DNA of 64,000 nucleotides, taken from positions 221,332 to 285,331 of the forward strand of contig JBAZBR010000001.1 in assembly GCA_041671325.1 (NCBI GenBank). The letters run 5' to 3'. The notes below the pieces were generated by a model. It had not been told where the DNA came from and made no database searches. It saw only the letters and a list, made by a program, of their open reading frames with translations. This document shows, piece by piece, positions 19,040 through 28,552 of the stretch. The stretch comes from Patescibacteria group bacterium. Lineage in GTDB: Bacteria; Patescibacteriota; Patescibacteriia; PEXW01. A program made the translations under genes and the position numbers. Each line of letters starts with the position of its first letter. The stretch's first letter is position 1.

Positions 19040-19408
19040 GGCTAGTCAGATTAAAAAGTCGGTCGGAACATGATTCTGGATCTTCTTCAGCCTTCGGGCT
19101 ACCAATACCCAGAGCGCGGTAGCGTCACTTGTCTAATAGGGCTCACTCCTCTTAAATTAGTTGCGGTACGCGTATTCATGTTTTTTCTGCGGTTTGCCCA
19201 GATGGTTAACCCAGAGAAAGCGCATAGCAAGCGTATATGTTTGCCATTCCCATGAATGGCCAGAGTATCAGGTTTTACCTGAATTGCCCTTTAAAAAAGG
19301 CATTTCAACAGAGGTCAAAACCTGACCTTTGAATGACTAACCGCTTCTAGCGTATTCCAGTCCGACTTGTATGGGGGCCTTCCTTTGCGTCGGCCCCCTT
19401 TTTTTATT
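19040..19408 (+). ncRNA. GC-rich noncoding segment ending in a strong intrinsic terminator (GGGGGCC...GGCCCCC+T8 at 19373-19406). Candidate structured RNA or leader of unknown class.
   Basis: No credible ORF. GC content well above the flanks. The terminator lies ~25 nt upstream of the BadF-type kinase start. Contains GAUUCUGGAU, which resembles the tmRNA 5' region, but no T-arm/CCA is found. Confidence 0.3.
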
Positions 19409-19431
19409 ATTTGATTAATACAAGTGCTAAA

Positions 19432-20355
19432 ATGAAGTATATGCAAAAAGCAACTTGGTTTTTAGGAATAGACGGTGGCGGGACTAAAACCGAAGCCCTG
19501 CTTGGTTATGGTAAGCGGGTTGCTTGGGGAAAAGCTGGTCCATCAAACCCGCGCGCGGTTGGTTTCGCAGAAGCTGCGAAGAATGTGAAGGCCGCTATCA
19601 TTTCAGCAGAGAAGCAACTTGGACAAAGACGTTTATATAAAGCCGTGATTGGCTTGGCTGGGATGGATACGCCTCGGGACATTGCGACAATGCACCGCGC
19701 GCTGAGCAAGGCGCTTCGTGGAATGCTGGCGCCAAACTGGAAGCTGGTTAATGATATTATCATCGCGCTTCGATCAGGTACGGACGCAAAGCATGCCGCA
19801 GTTGTAATCGCCGGCACTGGTTCAAACGCTTATGCTTATGGGCCAAGAGGCGTTGCCCGGGCAAGCGGCCGTGGCCATCGTCTGGCAGATGAAGGTTCAG
19901 GCTATGCACAAGGCCTTGCCGCGCTGCATGCCGTGACTAAAGCCGATGATGGGCGGGGGCCAGCCACCAAGCTGACACCTCTGATACTCGAACATTTTAA
20001 AGTGCATAAACCCGTTAATTTGGTTCAGATCGTTTACCAGGCTGGATTTGGCAAACCGCAAATCGCCGCGCTTGCCCCGCTTGTGCAAACTGCCGCCGAA
20101 AAAGGGGATAAGGCGGCAAAAAATATTCTTGCTGATGCCGCTCGTGAGCTGGCGATCCTCGCCTCGACAGTCGTACGGAAAAGTGGTTTGCAGCAAAAAG
20201 CTTTCCCACTTATAACAATTGGCGGGATTTTCAAGTGCCCAATTGTTATTCCAGCAATTTTTAAAAAAGGCGTTAAGCAAATTGCGCCTAAGGTAAGTTT
20301 TATCATGCCAAAACCCCGACCGGCTTACGGCGCCTGGCTAATGGCAGGTAAATAG
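19432..20355 (+). CDS. BadF/BadG/BcrA/BcrD-type ATPase (N-acetylglucosamine kinase-like); GC-rich
   Basis: WFLGIDGGGTKTEALL phosphate-1 motif and IAGTGSNAYAY motif of the ASKHA family. The track start at 19411 is TTG; the ATG at 19432 is more likely. Confidence 0.65.
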   Translation: MKYMQKATWFLGIDGGGTKTEALLGYGKRVAWGKAGPSNPRAVGFAEAAKNVKAAIISAEKQLGQRRLYKAVIGLAGMDTPRDIATMHRALSKALRGMLAPNWKLVNDIIIALRSGTDAKHAAVVIAGTGSNAYAYGPRGVARASGRGHRLADEGSGYAQGLAALHAVTKADDGRGPATKLTPLILEHFKVHKPVNLVQIVYQAGFGKPQIAALAPLVQTAAEKGDKAAKNILADAARELAILASTVVRKSGLQQKAFPLITIGGIFKCPIVIPAIFKKGVKQIAPKVSFIMPKPRPAYGAWLMAGK

Positions 20356-20359
20356 TTCT

Positions 20360-21118
20360 TTGATGGGCAGGAATAAATTTGGAATTATTATTTTATGCAC
20401 TATAGTATTTTTTGGGCTTTGCGTTTATTTAATAAAGTCAAATAAGAAATTAATGCCGGAAAAAATAAACTTTCTAACTGAAGATAAAGTCACCATAATC
20501 GGGGATTATTATAACGCCAAAAGCAGTCGGGTGGCCTTGCTTTTGCATATGATGCCAGCAACCAAAGAAAGCTGGCAGGCTTTCGCTGAAGGTTTGTTGG
20601 AAAAAGAAATTAGTTCCTTAGCCATTGATTTACGCGGTCACGGGCAAAGCCTTGACCAAATTGGCCAGGTTTTAAATTATCAGAATTTTGGAGATCTCCA
20701 GCATCAAGCCAGCGCTAAAGACGTGGAAGCGGCTTTAACTTGGCTAAAAAATCGCGGATTTAAAGAAAATAATATAGCCATTGTCGGTGCTAGTATTGGG
20801 GCAAACTTAGCCCTTCAAGAAATGGGTTATAAGCCGGAATATAAGATTGTGGTTGCAATTTCTGCGGGTTCGGACTATCGTGGAATTCAGCCCGCGCCTT
20901 TTATTTCGTCATATAAATCCAACCAGCGGATATTATTCATAGCCAGCCATGAAGATACTGAATCGGCAATCGCCAGCCAAAGTTTTTTTGACCAGACCCA
21001 AGCCCAGAAAAAATTAATCATGCTGGATAATGCCGGGCATGGCACAAATATTTTTTTAAATTCACCGCAAACGCTTGCAGATGCAATTTCTTGGCTAAAC
21101 CTAAACTTACCAAAATGA
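20360..21118 (+). CDS. Membrane-anchored alpha/beta-hydrolase fold protein
   Basis: N-terminal TM helix. IDLRGHGQS, GASIGANLAL (nucleophile elbow G-x-S-x-G) and C-terminal DNAGHG. Confidence 0.6.
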   Translation: MMGRNKFGIIILCTIVFFGLCVYLIKSNKKLMPEKINFLTEDKVTIIGDYYNAKSSRVALLLHMMPATKESWQAFAEGLLEKEISSLAIDLRGHGQSLDQIGQVLNYQNFGDLQHQASAKDVEAALTWLKNRGFKENNIAIVGASIGANLALQEMGYKPEYKIVVAISAGSDYRGIQPAPFISSYKSNQRILFIASHEDTESAIASQSFFDQTQAQKKLIMLDNAGHGTNIFLNSPQTLADAISWLNLNLPK

Positions 21119-21441
21119 TTTTAAATGATTTAAGTCAAAAAATAATCAACCAAGTGTTTTCTTTTTATGCTAAAGCCATAAATTTGGAATCACCGGCAAT
21201 ACCGACAATTGAAGAAGTAAAGCTTTCGATAGCAGGTGACACCAAGCGTTTTGTCTACTTCCCACCAACGAAAAGTTTAATTTCTGCTGAATTGTGGCTG
21301 ACTGAAGATTCAAACAAAAACATTTTTTTTACTTTTGCCATCCCGAGTGATTTGACTAAAACCAAAACAGAAAAAGCTGAAGAAGCAAAGAAGGTGTTTG
21401 ATAAGGAGCTGCAACAGTTTTTGGTGGATTACTATATTTAA
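21091..21441 (+). CDS. Hypothetical protein; the start may be the ATG at 21118
   Basis: 116-aa ORF with no recognisable motif. Confidence 0.35.
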   Translation: MAKPKLTKMILNDLSQKIINQVFSFYAKAINLESPAIPTIEEVKLSIAGDTKRFVYFPPTKSLISAELWLTEDSNKNIFFTFAIPSDLTKTKTEKAEEAKKVFDKELQQFLVDYYI

Positions 21442-21486
21442 GCCAAATGTGATATTTTATAAGCATCAAGATTAATTGGAAAAAAT

Positions 21487-21891
21487 ATGTCAACCAGAAG
21501 CACTTTGTATTTAAAATCAGCCGTAATCATTTTAATTTCTGGCTTTTTGGTCTTTGGACTTTCTGCTTGCAAAAAGAATTCAGGTAATCAAAATTCTAAC
21601 AGCTCGACAAATTCAGTTAAGGCAACGCCAAAAAGCCCCGGTTTGGTTTTTAGCGCAGAACCCAATAAAGGCCCAGTTAACGGCGGGACAACAGTAAAAT
21701 TTACTGGCGAAGGCATCCAAGGGAATTTAAAGGTTTTATTTGGAGAAAATGAAGCTACAGACGTGGTGGTAAAAAGCGATAAGGAAATAGAGTGCAAAAC
21801 CCCGGCCGGGAAAAAGGGTAAAGTTAACGTAACCCTTAAAGCTGAAGCAGGCACGGTGACAACCCTGGAACAAGCCTTTACCTACGAATAA
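21487..21891 (+). CDS. Lipoprotein with an IPT/TIG-like Ig domain
   Basis: Lipobox LSAC after the signal peptide. GPVNGGTTVKFTGEGI...VLFGENEATDVVVKSDKEIECKTPAGKKGKVNVTLK is IPT/TIG-like. Confidence 0.55.
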   Translation: MSTRSTLYLKSAVIILISGFLVFGLSACKKNSGNQNSNSSTNSVKATPKSPGLVFSAEPNKGPVNGGTTVKFTGEGIQGNLKVLFGENEATDVVVKSDKEIECKTPAGKKGKVNVTLKAEAGTVTTLEQAFTYE

Positions 21892-21957
21892 GACTGCAGT
21901 ATAATCCGAATTCATGCTTTAGGCCAAACCTAGGTGTAAAAATTTTTTATATATCCC

Positions 21958-23454
21958 ATGCTTTCAAAAAAATTTGAATATCGCATCTATCGAATCTTAG
22001 AAATCATCCCTGGCGCTATGGTTTGGGTAACTTTTTTGTTGGCCCTTGGCTTGTCTTTTATAAATCCGCTTTTTGTCATTGCTTTTATAATCGTTTTTGA
22101 CGCGCTTTGGCTTGCCCGGATAAGCTATTTGTTGATTTACCTGTTAGCCGCATATTTTAAGTTTAGGAAAGAAAGCAAAAAAGACTGGCTAAGCTTGGCT
22201 CAGGCCCAAAATGGTTTTGGGGATTTGATGCACTTAATTTTTTTGCCGACATATAAGGAACCCGAAGTGGTGATTGATCAAACTCTGGAAAGCTTGACTA
22301 AAATTCAATATCCAGCCAAAAAACTTTTTGTGGTCTTGTGCGGCGAAGAGAAAGACAAAGAAAATTTTTTGAATATAGCCGGCAAGATGGAAAGTAAGTA
22401 CCAGGATGCCTTTTTTAAATTATTAGTTACTTTGCATCCTCAGGATGTCCCGGGTGAAGTGGCTGGCAAGGGCGCCAATACTGCTTACGCCGGGAAAATT
22501 GCCAAAGGCATAATTGACGAATTGCAGATTGCTTATGAAAAAATCGTGGTTTCTTCTTTTGATGTTGATACCGTGGTTCACCCCCAATATTTTGCCTGTT
22601 TGGCTTACCACTATTTGACTGTGCCTAAACCAACTCGCACCAGCTATCAGCCTCTGGCGCTTTATAACAATAATGTCTGGCAGTCGCCATTTTTAATGCG
22701 CGTGGTTTCCATGTCCACGACTTTTTGGCTCTTGACCGAACAAATGCGGCCAGAAAGGTTATTTACCTTTTCTTCCCACTCTATGTCGTTTAAGGCTTTA
22801 GTAGACGTGGGTTTTTGGCAAAGCGACATTGTCACTGAAGATTCCCGGATCTGCGTGCAGGGCATAATTGAATATGACGGCGATTACCGGGTTCAGCCCA
22901 TGTTCATTCCGCTCTCCATGGATACGGTTATGGGACAGAATTTAAAAAGCAGCTTGTCGAATCAATACAAACAGGTCCGTCGCTGGGCTTATGGCGTCGA
23001 AAATTTTCCCTTTATGGCTTGGAATTTTTGGGGCAATAAAAACATAAAATTTTTAAAAAAATTCAGGTATATTTATAACCAGCTAGAAGGCATTTATTCC
23101 TGGGCTACGGCGCCGATTTTAATTTTTGTTTTGGGCCGATTACCGATTGCCATCGCTAACCATCGGGGCTTAAATTCGGCAATCATCCAAAATACGCCTC
23201 ATATCTTGTCTATTTTAATGACCGTATCCATGATCGGCTTGTTAGCTTCGGCTTTTATCAGTTTAACTTTGCTCCCGCCAAAACCAACAATTGTTCCACG
23301 CTGGCATTGGGTGATCATGTTCGCCCAATGGATATTTTTCCCCATTACCATGATAATATTTGGTTCCATCCCAGCCACTGATGCAGTTACCAGGTTGATG
23401 CTGGGAAAATACTTGGGTTTTCAGGTTACGGAAAAATTCCGGAAAAAAAATTAG
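21958..23454 (+). CDS. Family-2 processive glycosyltransferase (cellulose/chitin synthase-like) integral membrane protein
   Basis: FDVDTVV, TEDSRI and QVRRWAYG (QxxRW) motifs, with multiple TM helices on both sides. Confidence 0.7.
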   Translation: MLSKKFEYRIYRILEIIPGAMVWVTFLLALGLSFINPLFVIAFIIVFDALWLARISYLLIYLLAAYFKFRKESKKDWLSLAQAQNGFGDLMHLIFLPTYKEPEVVIDQTLESLTKIQYPAKKLFVVLCGEEKDKENFLNIAGKMESKYQDAFFKLLVTLHPQDVPGEVAGKGANTAYAGKIAKGIIDELQIAYEKIVVSSFDVDTVVHPQYFACLAYHYLTVPKPTRTSYQPLALYNNNVWQSPFLMRVVSMSTTFWLLTEQMRPERLFTFSSHSMSFKALVDVGFWQSDIVTEDSRICVQGIIEYDGDYRVQPMFIPLSMDTVMGQNLKSSLSNQYKQVRRWAYGVENFPFMAWNFWGNKNIKFLKKFRYIYNQLEGIYSWATAPILIFVLGRLPIAIANHRGLNSAIIQNTPHILSILMTVSMIGLLASAFISLTLLPPKPTIVPRWHWVIMFAQWIFFPITMIIFGSIPATDAVTRLMLGKYLGFQVTEKFRKKN

Positions 23455-23475
23455 AAATATGAAAAAACCCACCAG

Positions 23476-24243
23476 TCATTTGACTGGTGGGTTTTTAAAA
23501 AGGTCTTTGTATTTCTCAAGTTGCTTCTGGGCGTTCTTTGCGGCCAGAGTGCCTTTGTAATTTGTTTTGACATCTGTCCACATATCCTGAGCAAGCTTTA
23601 ATGCCGCTTCGGAATTGCCACCGACTTTTAGTTCAACCTTGCCCATATTGAGCAGAATTGTGCCACGCACTTCAGCATCAAAAAAGCTTTCATAAGGCGA
23701 AGGGTTGAGTATTTCCTCACCATCGCAGTAGAGCATGAGCGCTTGGGAAATTTTCAAGCATCGGTTCCAAAAATACTCAGCGCTATCCAGCCGGTCAGCT
23801 TCGACAAAAAGGTTGGCAGCCAAAAATTGGACCGTGAAATCATCCGGATTGCGCTGGGCTAAAGTGTCAAGCCTATAGAAGGCCTGGGTTACCCTGGATT
23901 TGGTATTGCCAAAGAATTTTTGTACAAAGCCATCTTCTTTTGCCCGGACAGCTTTAGCGATGCAGAGATAAGCTTCGGTTGACGGCAGGCTGTCAAACCG
24001 CAAAGCTTTTTCAAGGTTCGCAATCGCCGAATCAGCGTCAGCTTTTTTGTTGTCGCTATGGTTTAAAAAAGCTTGGTTTATGTACAAAACCCCACGTTCT
24101 CGGAAGTGTTCAGAATCATTTGGCAAGCAAGCAATCAGCGAATCAGCTTGGGTTCCGGCAATGGTGCAGATTTGTTCGCTGGCTGAAAGGTTTGGACAAA
24201 AAAGCCAAAACAGCAAGAATGAAATGAAAACTTTAGTTTTCAT
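23476..24243 (-). CDS. Secreted TPR-like helical repeat protein (hypothetical); moderately GC-rich
   Basis: Signal peptide MKTKVFISFLLFWLFCPNLSA followed by helical repeat content. Confidence 0.5.
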   Translation of the reverse strand: MKTKVFISFLLFWLFCPNLSASEQICTIAGTQADSLIACLPNDSEHFRERGVLYINQAFLNHSDNKKADADSAIANLEKALRFDSLPSTEAYLCIAKAVRAKEDGFVQKFFGNTKSRVTQAFYRLDTLAQRNPDDFTVQFLAANLFVEADRLDSAEYFWNRCLKISQALMLYCDGEEILNPSPYESFFDAEVRGTILLNMGKVELKVGGNSEAALKLAQDMWTDVKTNYKGTLAAKNAQKQLEKYKDLFKNPPVK

Positions 24244-24341
24244 GAAATCCCTTCTTTTTGTAAGATCGATTTTATTTTCTAATGACTTTAGCAGTTTATG
24301 GCAAGCTAGTCAAGACCCTAAAAAACAATTACCATTAAAAC

Positions 24342-25376
24342 ATGCGCAGATTTTCCGGAGTCTTAATCATTATTATCAGCACCATAATTGGCTTTGGCGT
24401 AATTTTGGGTTGGTCATTCAGGTTATCAATATTGAAAAGCGAAACCTGGAAAGAAGCTTTGCAACAAGCCAAGATTTACGACCATTTAGTTTCAGATTTG
24501 ACGGTTTCCATAATTGACAGCAGTGAATCGAAAAATGAGGTTTTAGCCAATGCGCCAGTTACCTCAGCTGAAGCGGCTGATTTGGTTAATGCAGTCATTA
24601 CCCCCGTTTATTTGCAGACCCAAGTTGAAAAAACCCTGGATTTGACTTTTGATATTATTTTCAGCCGGACTGATTTTAATTCCGCGAAATTAGAAATTCC
24701 TCTTCAGGACATCAAAAACCGTCTGCCAGTGGCTGTTCAGGAATTATTGATTAAAAAAATCAACAAACTGCCAATCTGTACTACAGCACAACTGAAGGAA
24801 TTCGAAAAACAAAAAACCCTTGATACGGTTTTGCCTCCCTGTAAGCCAAAAGGCATGGATGCCAGGAGCATTGTCAATGAATCCTTGAAAATTGAAGAAA
24901 TTACCAAACAGATCCCGGAGACAATTGATATCATTGCAGAAATCAAGAAAACCCAGGAAGACTCTGACAGCCAAAATTCATTAAACGAGGTCATTGTCAA
25001 AATCCAAGACATTGCCAAACTTTCCTTAAAATACCATTTATTCGCAACTTGCATTTGGCTTGGCTTGCTGGTTATATTATTCTTGATTTTCTTACCAAGC
25101 TTGCGGCGGTGCTTTCGCTGGTTTTCAATCGGCCTTTTTATACCAAATTTTTTATTAATTATTGGAGCCAGTGTTGGCCGGAACAGAATATCTGAAATTA
25201 CCATTAAAACCGATGCCACTAATGAAATTTTGGTGAGGAATATTACGCCCATTATCCAAAACTTAGCCACCCAAACAGTCTCTCAAGTGCAAAAATTGGC
25301 TTTGATCGGTTTAGTTGCCAGCCTGGTCCTATTTGCGATACAATTTGTTTGGCCGCCTAAAAAATCAATTAAATAA
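24342..25376 (+). CDS. Hypothetical membrane protein (N-terminal TM, internal TM pair, C-terminal TM)
   Basis: 344-aa ORF with hydrophobic segments and no recognisable motifs. Confidence 0.45.
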   Translation: MRRFSGVLIIIISTIIGFGVILGWSFRLSILKSETWKEALQQAKIYDHLVSDLTVSIIDSSESKNEVLANAPVTSAEAADLVNAVITPVYLQTQVEKTLDLTFDIIFSRTDFNSAKLEIPLQDIKNRLPVAVQELLIKKINKLPICTTAQLKEFEKQKTLDTVLPPCKPKGMDARSIVNESLKIEEITKQIPETIDIIAEIKKTQEDSDSQNSLNEVIVKIQDIAKLSLKYHLFATCIWLGLLVILFLIFLPSLRRCFRWFSIGLFIPNFLLIIGASVGRNRISEITIKTDATNEILVRNITPIIQNLATQTVSQVQKLALIGLVASLVLFAIQFVWPPKKSIK

Positions 25377-25382
25377 ATTATT

Positions 25383-25838
25383 ATGACTGATACTAATCCA
25401 TCCGTTCATTCCATAGACCCGACTGAAAAAAAATTAAAACAGGAAACAATGCATCACGCGATTTGGTTCTTGTTAGTAGTTGTAATTGTTGCGGTTTTTG
25501 GGTTTGGCTTGTTAAAAGGCGCTTGGCAGCAAATGACCCGGTCCAAATATTACCAAGCCGTGCACCTGACCAATGGCCAGATATTTTTTGGCAAACTGCA
25601 AGCCTGGAATCACAAAGAAGTCTTATTAACCCAAGTTTATTATTTACAAACCACTGAAGCTGCAACTGATAATAAGAATGCTAATACCAACACTTCTTCC
25701 CAATTCAGCCTAGTTAAGCTTGGCAATGAATTGCACGGACCACTAAACCGGATTTACATCAATAAAAGCCAAATTGTTTACACCGAAGATTTAAAAAATG
25801 ATTCGCAGGTTACCAAGGCGATTTTAGGCAATAAATAA
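25383..25838 (+). CDS. Hypothetical small membrane-anchored protein
   Basis: 151-aa ORF with a single TM helix, AIWFLLVVVIVAVFGFGLL. Confidence 0.45.
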   Translation: MTDTNPSVHSIDPTEKKLKQETMHHAIWFLLVVVIVAVFGFGLLKGAWQQMTRSKYYQAVHLTNGQIFFGKLQAWNHKEVLLTQVYYLQTTEAATDNKNANTNTSSQFSLVKLGNELHGPLNRIYINKSQIVYTEDLKNDSQVTKAILGNK

Positions 25839-25842
25839 ATCA

Positions 25843-26862
25843 ATGAATAAAAAAATTTTATTAACAGGCGATCGGCCTACCGGTAAGCTGCACCTCGGCC
25901 ATTATGTCGGCAGCCTGGCTAACCGCTTGAAGTTTCAAAAAGAATATAACTGTTTTTTTATCATAGCTGATTACCAGGTTTTAACCGACCATTTGCAAGA
26001 TACCAAGCAAGTTCCGCAAAACGTGGAAGAGGTGATTTTAGATTGGCTTTCGATTGGCCTTGATCCTAAGCAAAGCACATTCTTCATCCAATCAGCCGTG
26101 CCGCAATTGGCTGAGCTGACCATGTATTTTTCCATGTTGGTGACTATTGCGCGTCTGCGCCGAAATCCCACCATAAAATCCGAAGCCCAAAATGTCCGGG
26201 TTGATTCAAATAAGGACAATATCACTTATGGTTTTTTGGGCTACCCAGTTTCCCAAGCGGCTGACATCTTGTTATTCCGACCAGATATCGTGCCAGTAGG
26301 CGAAGACCAATTGCCGCATATTGAACAGACCCGGGAGATTGCGGATAAGTTCAATTCGCTTTTTGGCAAGGTTTTTAAATTACCCAAAGCCATAGTCAGT
26401 GAAAATTCCAGGCTGCCGGGCTTGGACGGCAAGAATAAAATGAGCAAGAGTTTGGGCAACGCAATTTATCTTTCGGATTCAGCAGATGAAGTTAAGAAAA
26501 AAGTTATGACTGCTTACACTGACCCGACCCGGATCCGGGCCACTGACCCAGGTCATTTGCAGGGGAATGTAGTTTTTACTTATTTAGACGCATTTCATCC
26601 AAATAAGAAAGAATTGAACTTATTAAAGCAGCGTTACCAAAAAGGCCAAGTAGGGGACGTGGAAGTTAAAAAGATATTAATCGATGTTTTAAATGATTTC
26701 TTGGATCCAATCCACAAGAGAAGACAGGAATTTGAAAAGAATAAGAAATATTTAAAAACTATTTTGACTGAGGGTTGTGAGCAGGCTAGGGCAGTGGGCG
26801 AAAAAACTATGGTCGAGGTGCGTAAAGCCGTACATTACGATTATCCGGAGTTGCTGGGGTAG
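25843..26862 (+). CDS. trpS: Tryptophan--tRNA ligase
   Basis: TGDRPTGKLHLGHYVGS (HIGH) and KMSKSLGNAI (KMSKS), with class I c-subclass length. Confidence 0.95.
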   Translation: MNKKILLTGDRPTGKLHLGHYVGSLANRLKFQKEYNCFFIIADYQVLTDHLQDTKQVPQNVEEVILDWLSIGLDPKQSTFFIQSAVPQLAELTMYFSMLVTIARLRRNPTIKSEAQNVRVDSNKDNITYGFLGYPVSQAADILLFRPDIVPVGEDQLPHIEQTREIADKFNSLFGKVFKLPKAIVSENSRLPGLDGKNKMSKSLGNAIYLSDSADEVKKKVMTAYTDPTRIRATDPGHLQGNVVFTYLDAFHPNKKELNLLKQRYQKGQVGDVEVKKILIDVLNDFLDPIHKRRQEFEKNKKYLKTILTEGCEQARAVGEKTMVEVRKAVHYDYPELLG

Positions 26863-26920
26863 CTGAAATGCTTAGGATCAAAAAGGAGATTGCCACGTCG
26901 TCCCGCAGTCGCGGGACTTC
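26785..26920 (+). repeat. Direct repeat copy A: trpS 3' end (last ~26 codons plus stop) and downstream hairpin GTCCCGCagtcGCGGGAC
   Basis: ~83% identical to copy B at 27800-27927, read by eye. Both include the GATCAAAAG spacer and the hairpin. Confidence 0.7.
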
Positions 26921-26993
26921 TCGCAATGATAGGGGAAGGTTTTTGATAAATATTTTTTTAATCATTTATTGTTTGGGTTTTATGATTTAGTAT

Positions 26994-27812
26994 TTGTATA
27001 TGTTTAATATAGGTTACCGGACAATTTATCAAAAAGATATCCGTTTTGCCATAAAAGAAGCAAAAAAGAACGACTTTAAGGTTATTGAAATACATTTAAC
27101 CTCACCTCAGTTTAGTCCCTTTAAATATTCCTTAAAAGAATTAAAATTAATAAAGTATTTTGCTGCACGAGAAGACATTATTTTGCAAGTTCATGCTCCC
27201 TTAGAGCAGTCATTAATCTTTACTAATAAACAATTAAGAATTGGTGCGAAAAGACAGTTAGAGGAAATGATCAAGTTCGGTAGAAACTTAGGTGTAAAAT
27301 GTCTTACTTTGCATCCAGGTAAGGCGGCAATATATCATTTTGCTGATGGCAAGAAGGTGAAAGATGATGATGTCTACCCAAAATTTTATGGGGGACTTTT
27401 TGAGGATAGTATTAAGCATATTGTATCTATTGTCCCGAAAGATTTTTTTGTCTGTATTGAAAACACCGATAATTTCACTTCTCAATACCAAAAAGTCTTA
27501 AATAAATACTTGCCAAGCGGTAAATTATTTTTGACTTGGGATATAAGAAAAAATTATTCTTATAAAACTAATAAGTTGATTAAGGAACAATGGGGATTTA
27601 TCCAGAGGAATAAAGACTATGTAAAAAATTTGCATGTTAGCGGTTTCAGTATAACTCATGGGGAAATTAAGGGCTGGGAAAAAAGATTAGATAGGTTTAT
27701 TGGTCTGTTTGGAAATAGGAGATTATCGTTAATTATCGAAATTATGCCTCTCAAATATGCTCTTGAGGCAAAAAAAATAATAATTAAGACTGTAAACAGA
27801 CTAGGGCAGTAG
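26994..27812 (+). CDS. Xylose isomerase-like TIM-barrel protein (sugar phosphate isomerase/epimerase, AP endonuclease 2 fold); inserted accessory gene
   Basis: IEIHLTS..., ILQVHAP and GVKCLTLHPG strand motifs typical of the XylA/Endo IV-like TIM barrel. Confidence 0.55.
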   Translation: MYMFNIGYRTIYQKDIRFAIKEAKKNDFKVIEIHLTSPQFSPFKYSLKELKLIKYFAAREDIILQVHAPLEQSLIFTNKQLRIGAKRQLEEMIKFGRNLGVKCLTLHPGKAAIYHFADGKKVKDDDVYPKFYGGLFEDSIKHIVSIVPKDFFVCIENTDNFTSQYQKVLNKYLPSGKLFLTWDIRKNYSYKTNKLIKEQWGFIQRNKDYVKNLHVSGFSITHGEIKGWEKRLDRFIGLFGNRRLSLIIEIMPLKYALEAKKIIIKTVNRLGQ

Positions 27813-27927
27813 GGAAAGAAACCATGCAAGAGGTGCGTAAAGCCGTGCATTATGACTATCCCGAGTTGTTGAAGTAGATCAAAAGCAAAAAATATTTAGA
27901 AGTCCCGGTCAGAGCCGGGACTTTTTA
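27800..27927 (+). repeat. Direct repeat copy B: out-of-frame relic of the trpS 3' end (...RAVGKETMQEVRKAVHYDYPELLK*) plus the terminator GTCCCGGtcagaGCCGGGAC+T5
   Basis: Aligns codon-by-codon to 26785-26862 with ~14 substitutions. The terminator hairpin is also homologous. Confidence 0.7.
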
Positions 27928-28095
27928 GTTATCCACAGATTTTTTAGGAAATTACTAAGACTTGTCAAAATCGTCTAATTTTGTCGTGGTTGACGAGAAC
28001 ACTTTAGTGGTGTAAAATGGAATAGCAGGGTGAAAAGTGGATAAAAGTGGGGATAAGTCATTTCACTTGTGCATAACTATTTCAAAACCCTTTAA

Positions 28096-28537
28096 GTTAA
28101 AGCAAATGTTTATAGGCGAGTATCATCATGGCATAGACGAAAAGGGCCGGTTAGCCATACCGGTTAAGTTTCGTGAACGCCTTTTGCATGGCGCCGTGGT
28201 CACTCGGGGAATTGATAAGTGCCTTTTTGTTTACCCCCAGCGGGACTGGCTGCAGCTGGCAGATAAGCTGGCAAAACTACCTATTTCCCAAGCGAACACT
28301 CGGGCTTTTTCCCGTCTCATGCTGGCTGGAGCCATGCAATTGGAAGTTGATAAGCAGGGCCGGGTGGTTTTGCCGGATTATCTAAGGAAATATGGTTCGA
28401 TAAAGAAAAAAGTGGTGGTGGCAGGGCTGTATAATCGTTTGGAAATTTGGGATGAAAATGCCTGGGAAAAATATAAGACTAGCACAGAAAAAACCTCCGG
28501 TACTATCGCTGAAAACCTTGGCGCTTTAGGCGTTTAA
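28096..28537 (+). CDS. mraZ: Transcriptional regulator MraZ
   Basis: MFIGEYHHGIDEKGRLAIP.KFR and a second repeat GRVVLPDYLRKY; first gene of the dcw cluster. The track ORF starts at 28037. Confidence 0.9.
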
Positions 28538-28552
28538 TTAATTAGGGGATCC

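Noticed and set aside
19040-19408. Calling this segment a tmRNA (ssrA) on the basis of the GAUUCUGGAU match
   Set aside because: No acceptor 5'-GGGG start, no tag reading frame ending in Ala-Ala-stop, and no T-arm GGUUCGA.UCC or CCA 3' end could be found by eye. A single 10-mer match can occur by chance in 64 kb.
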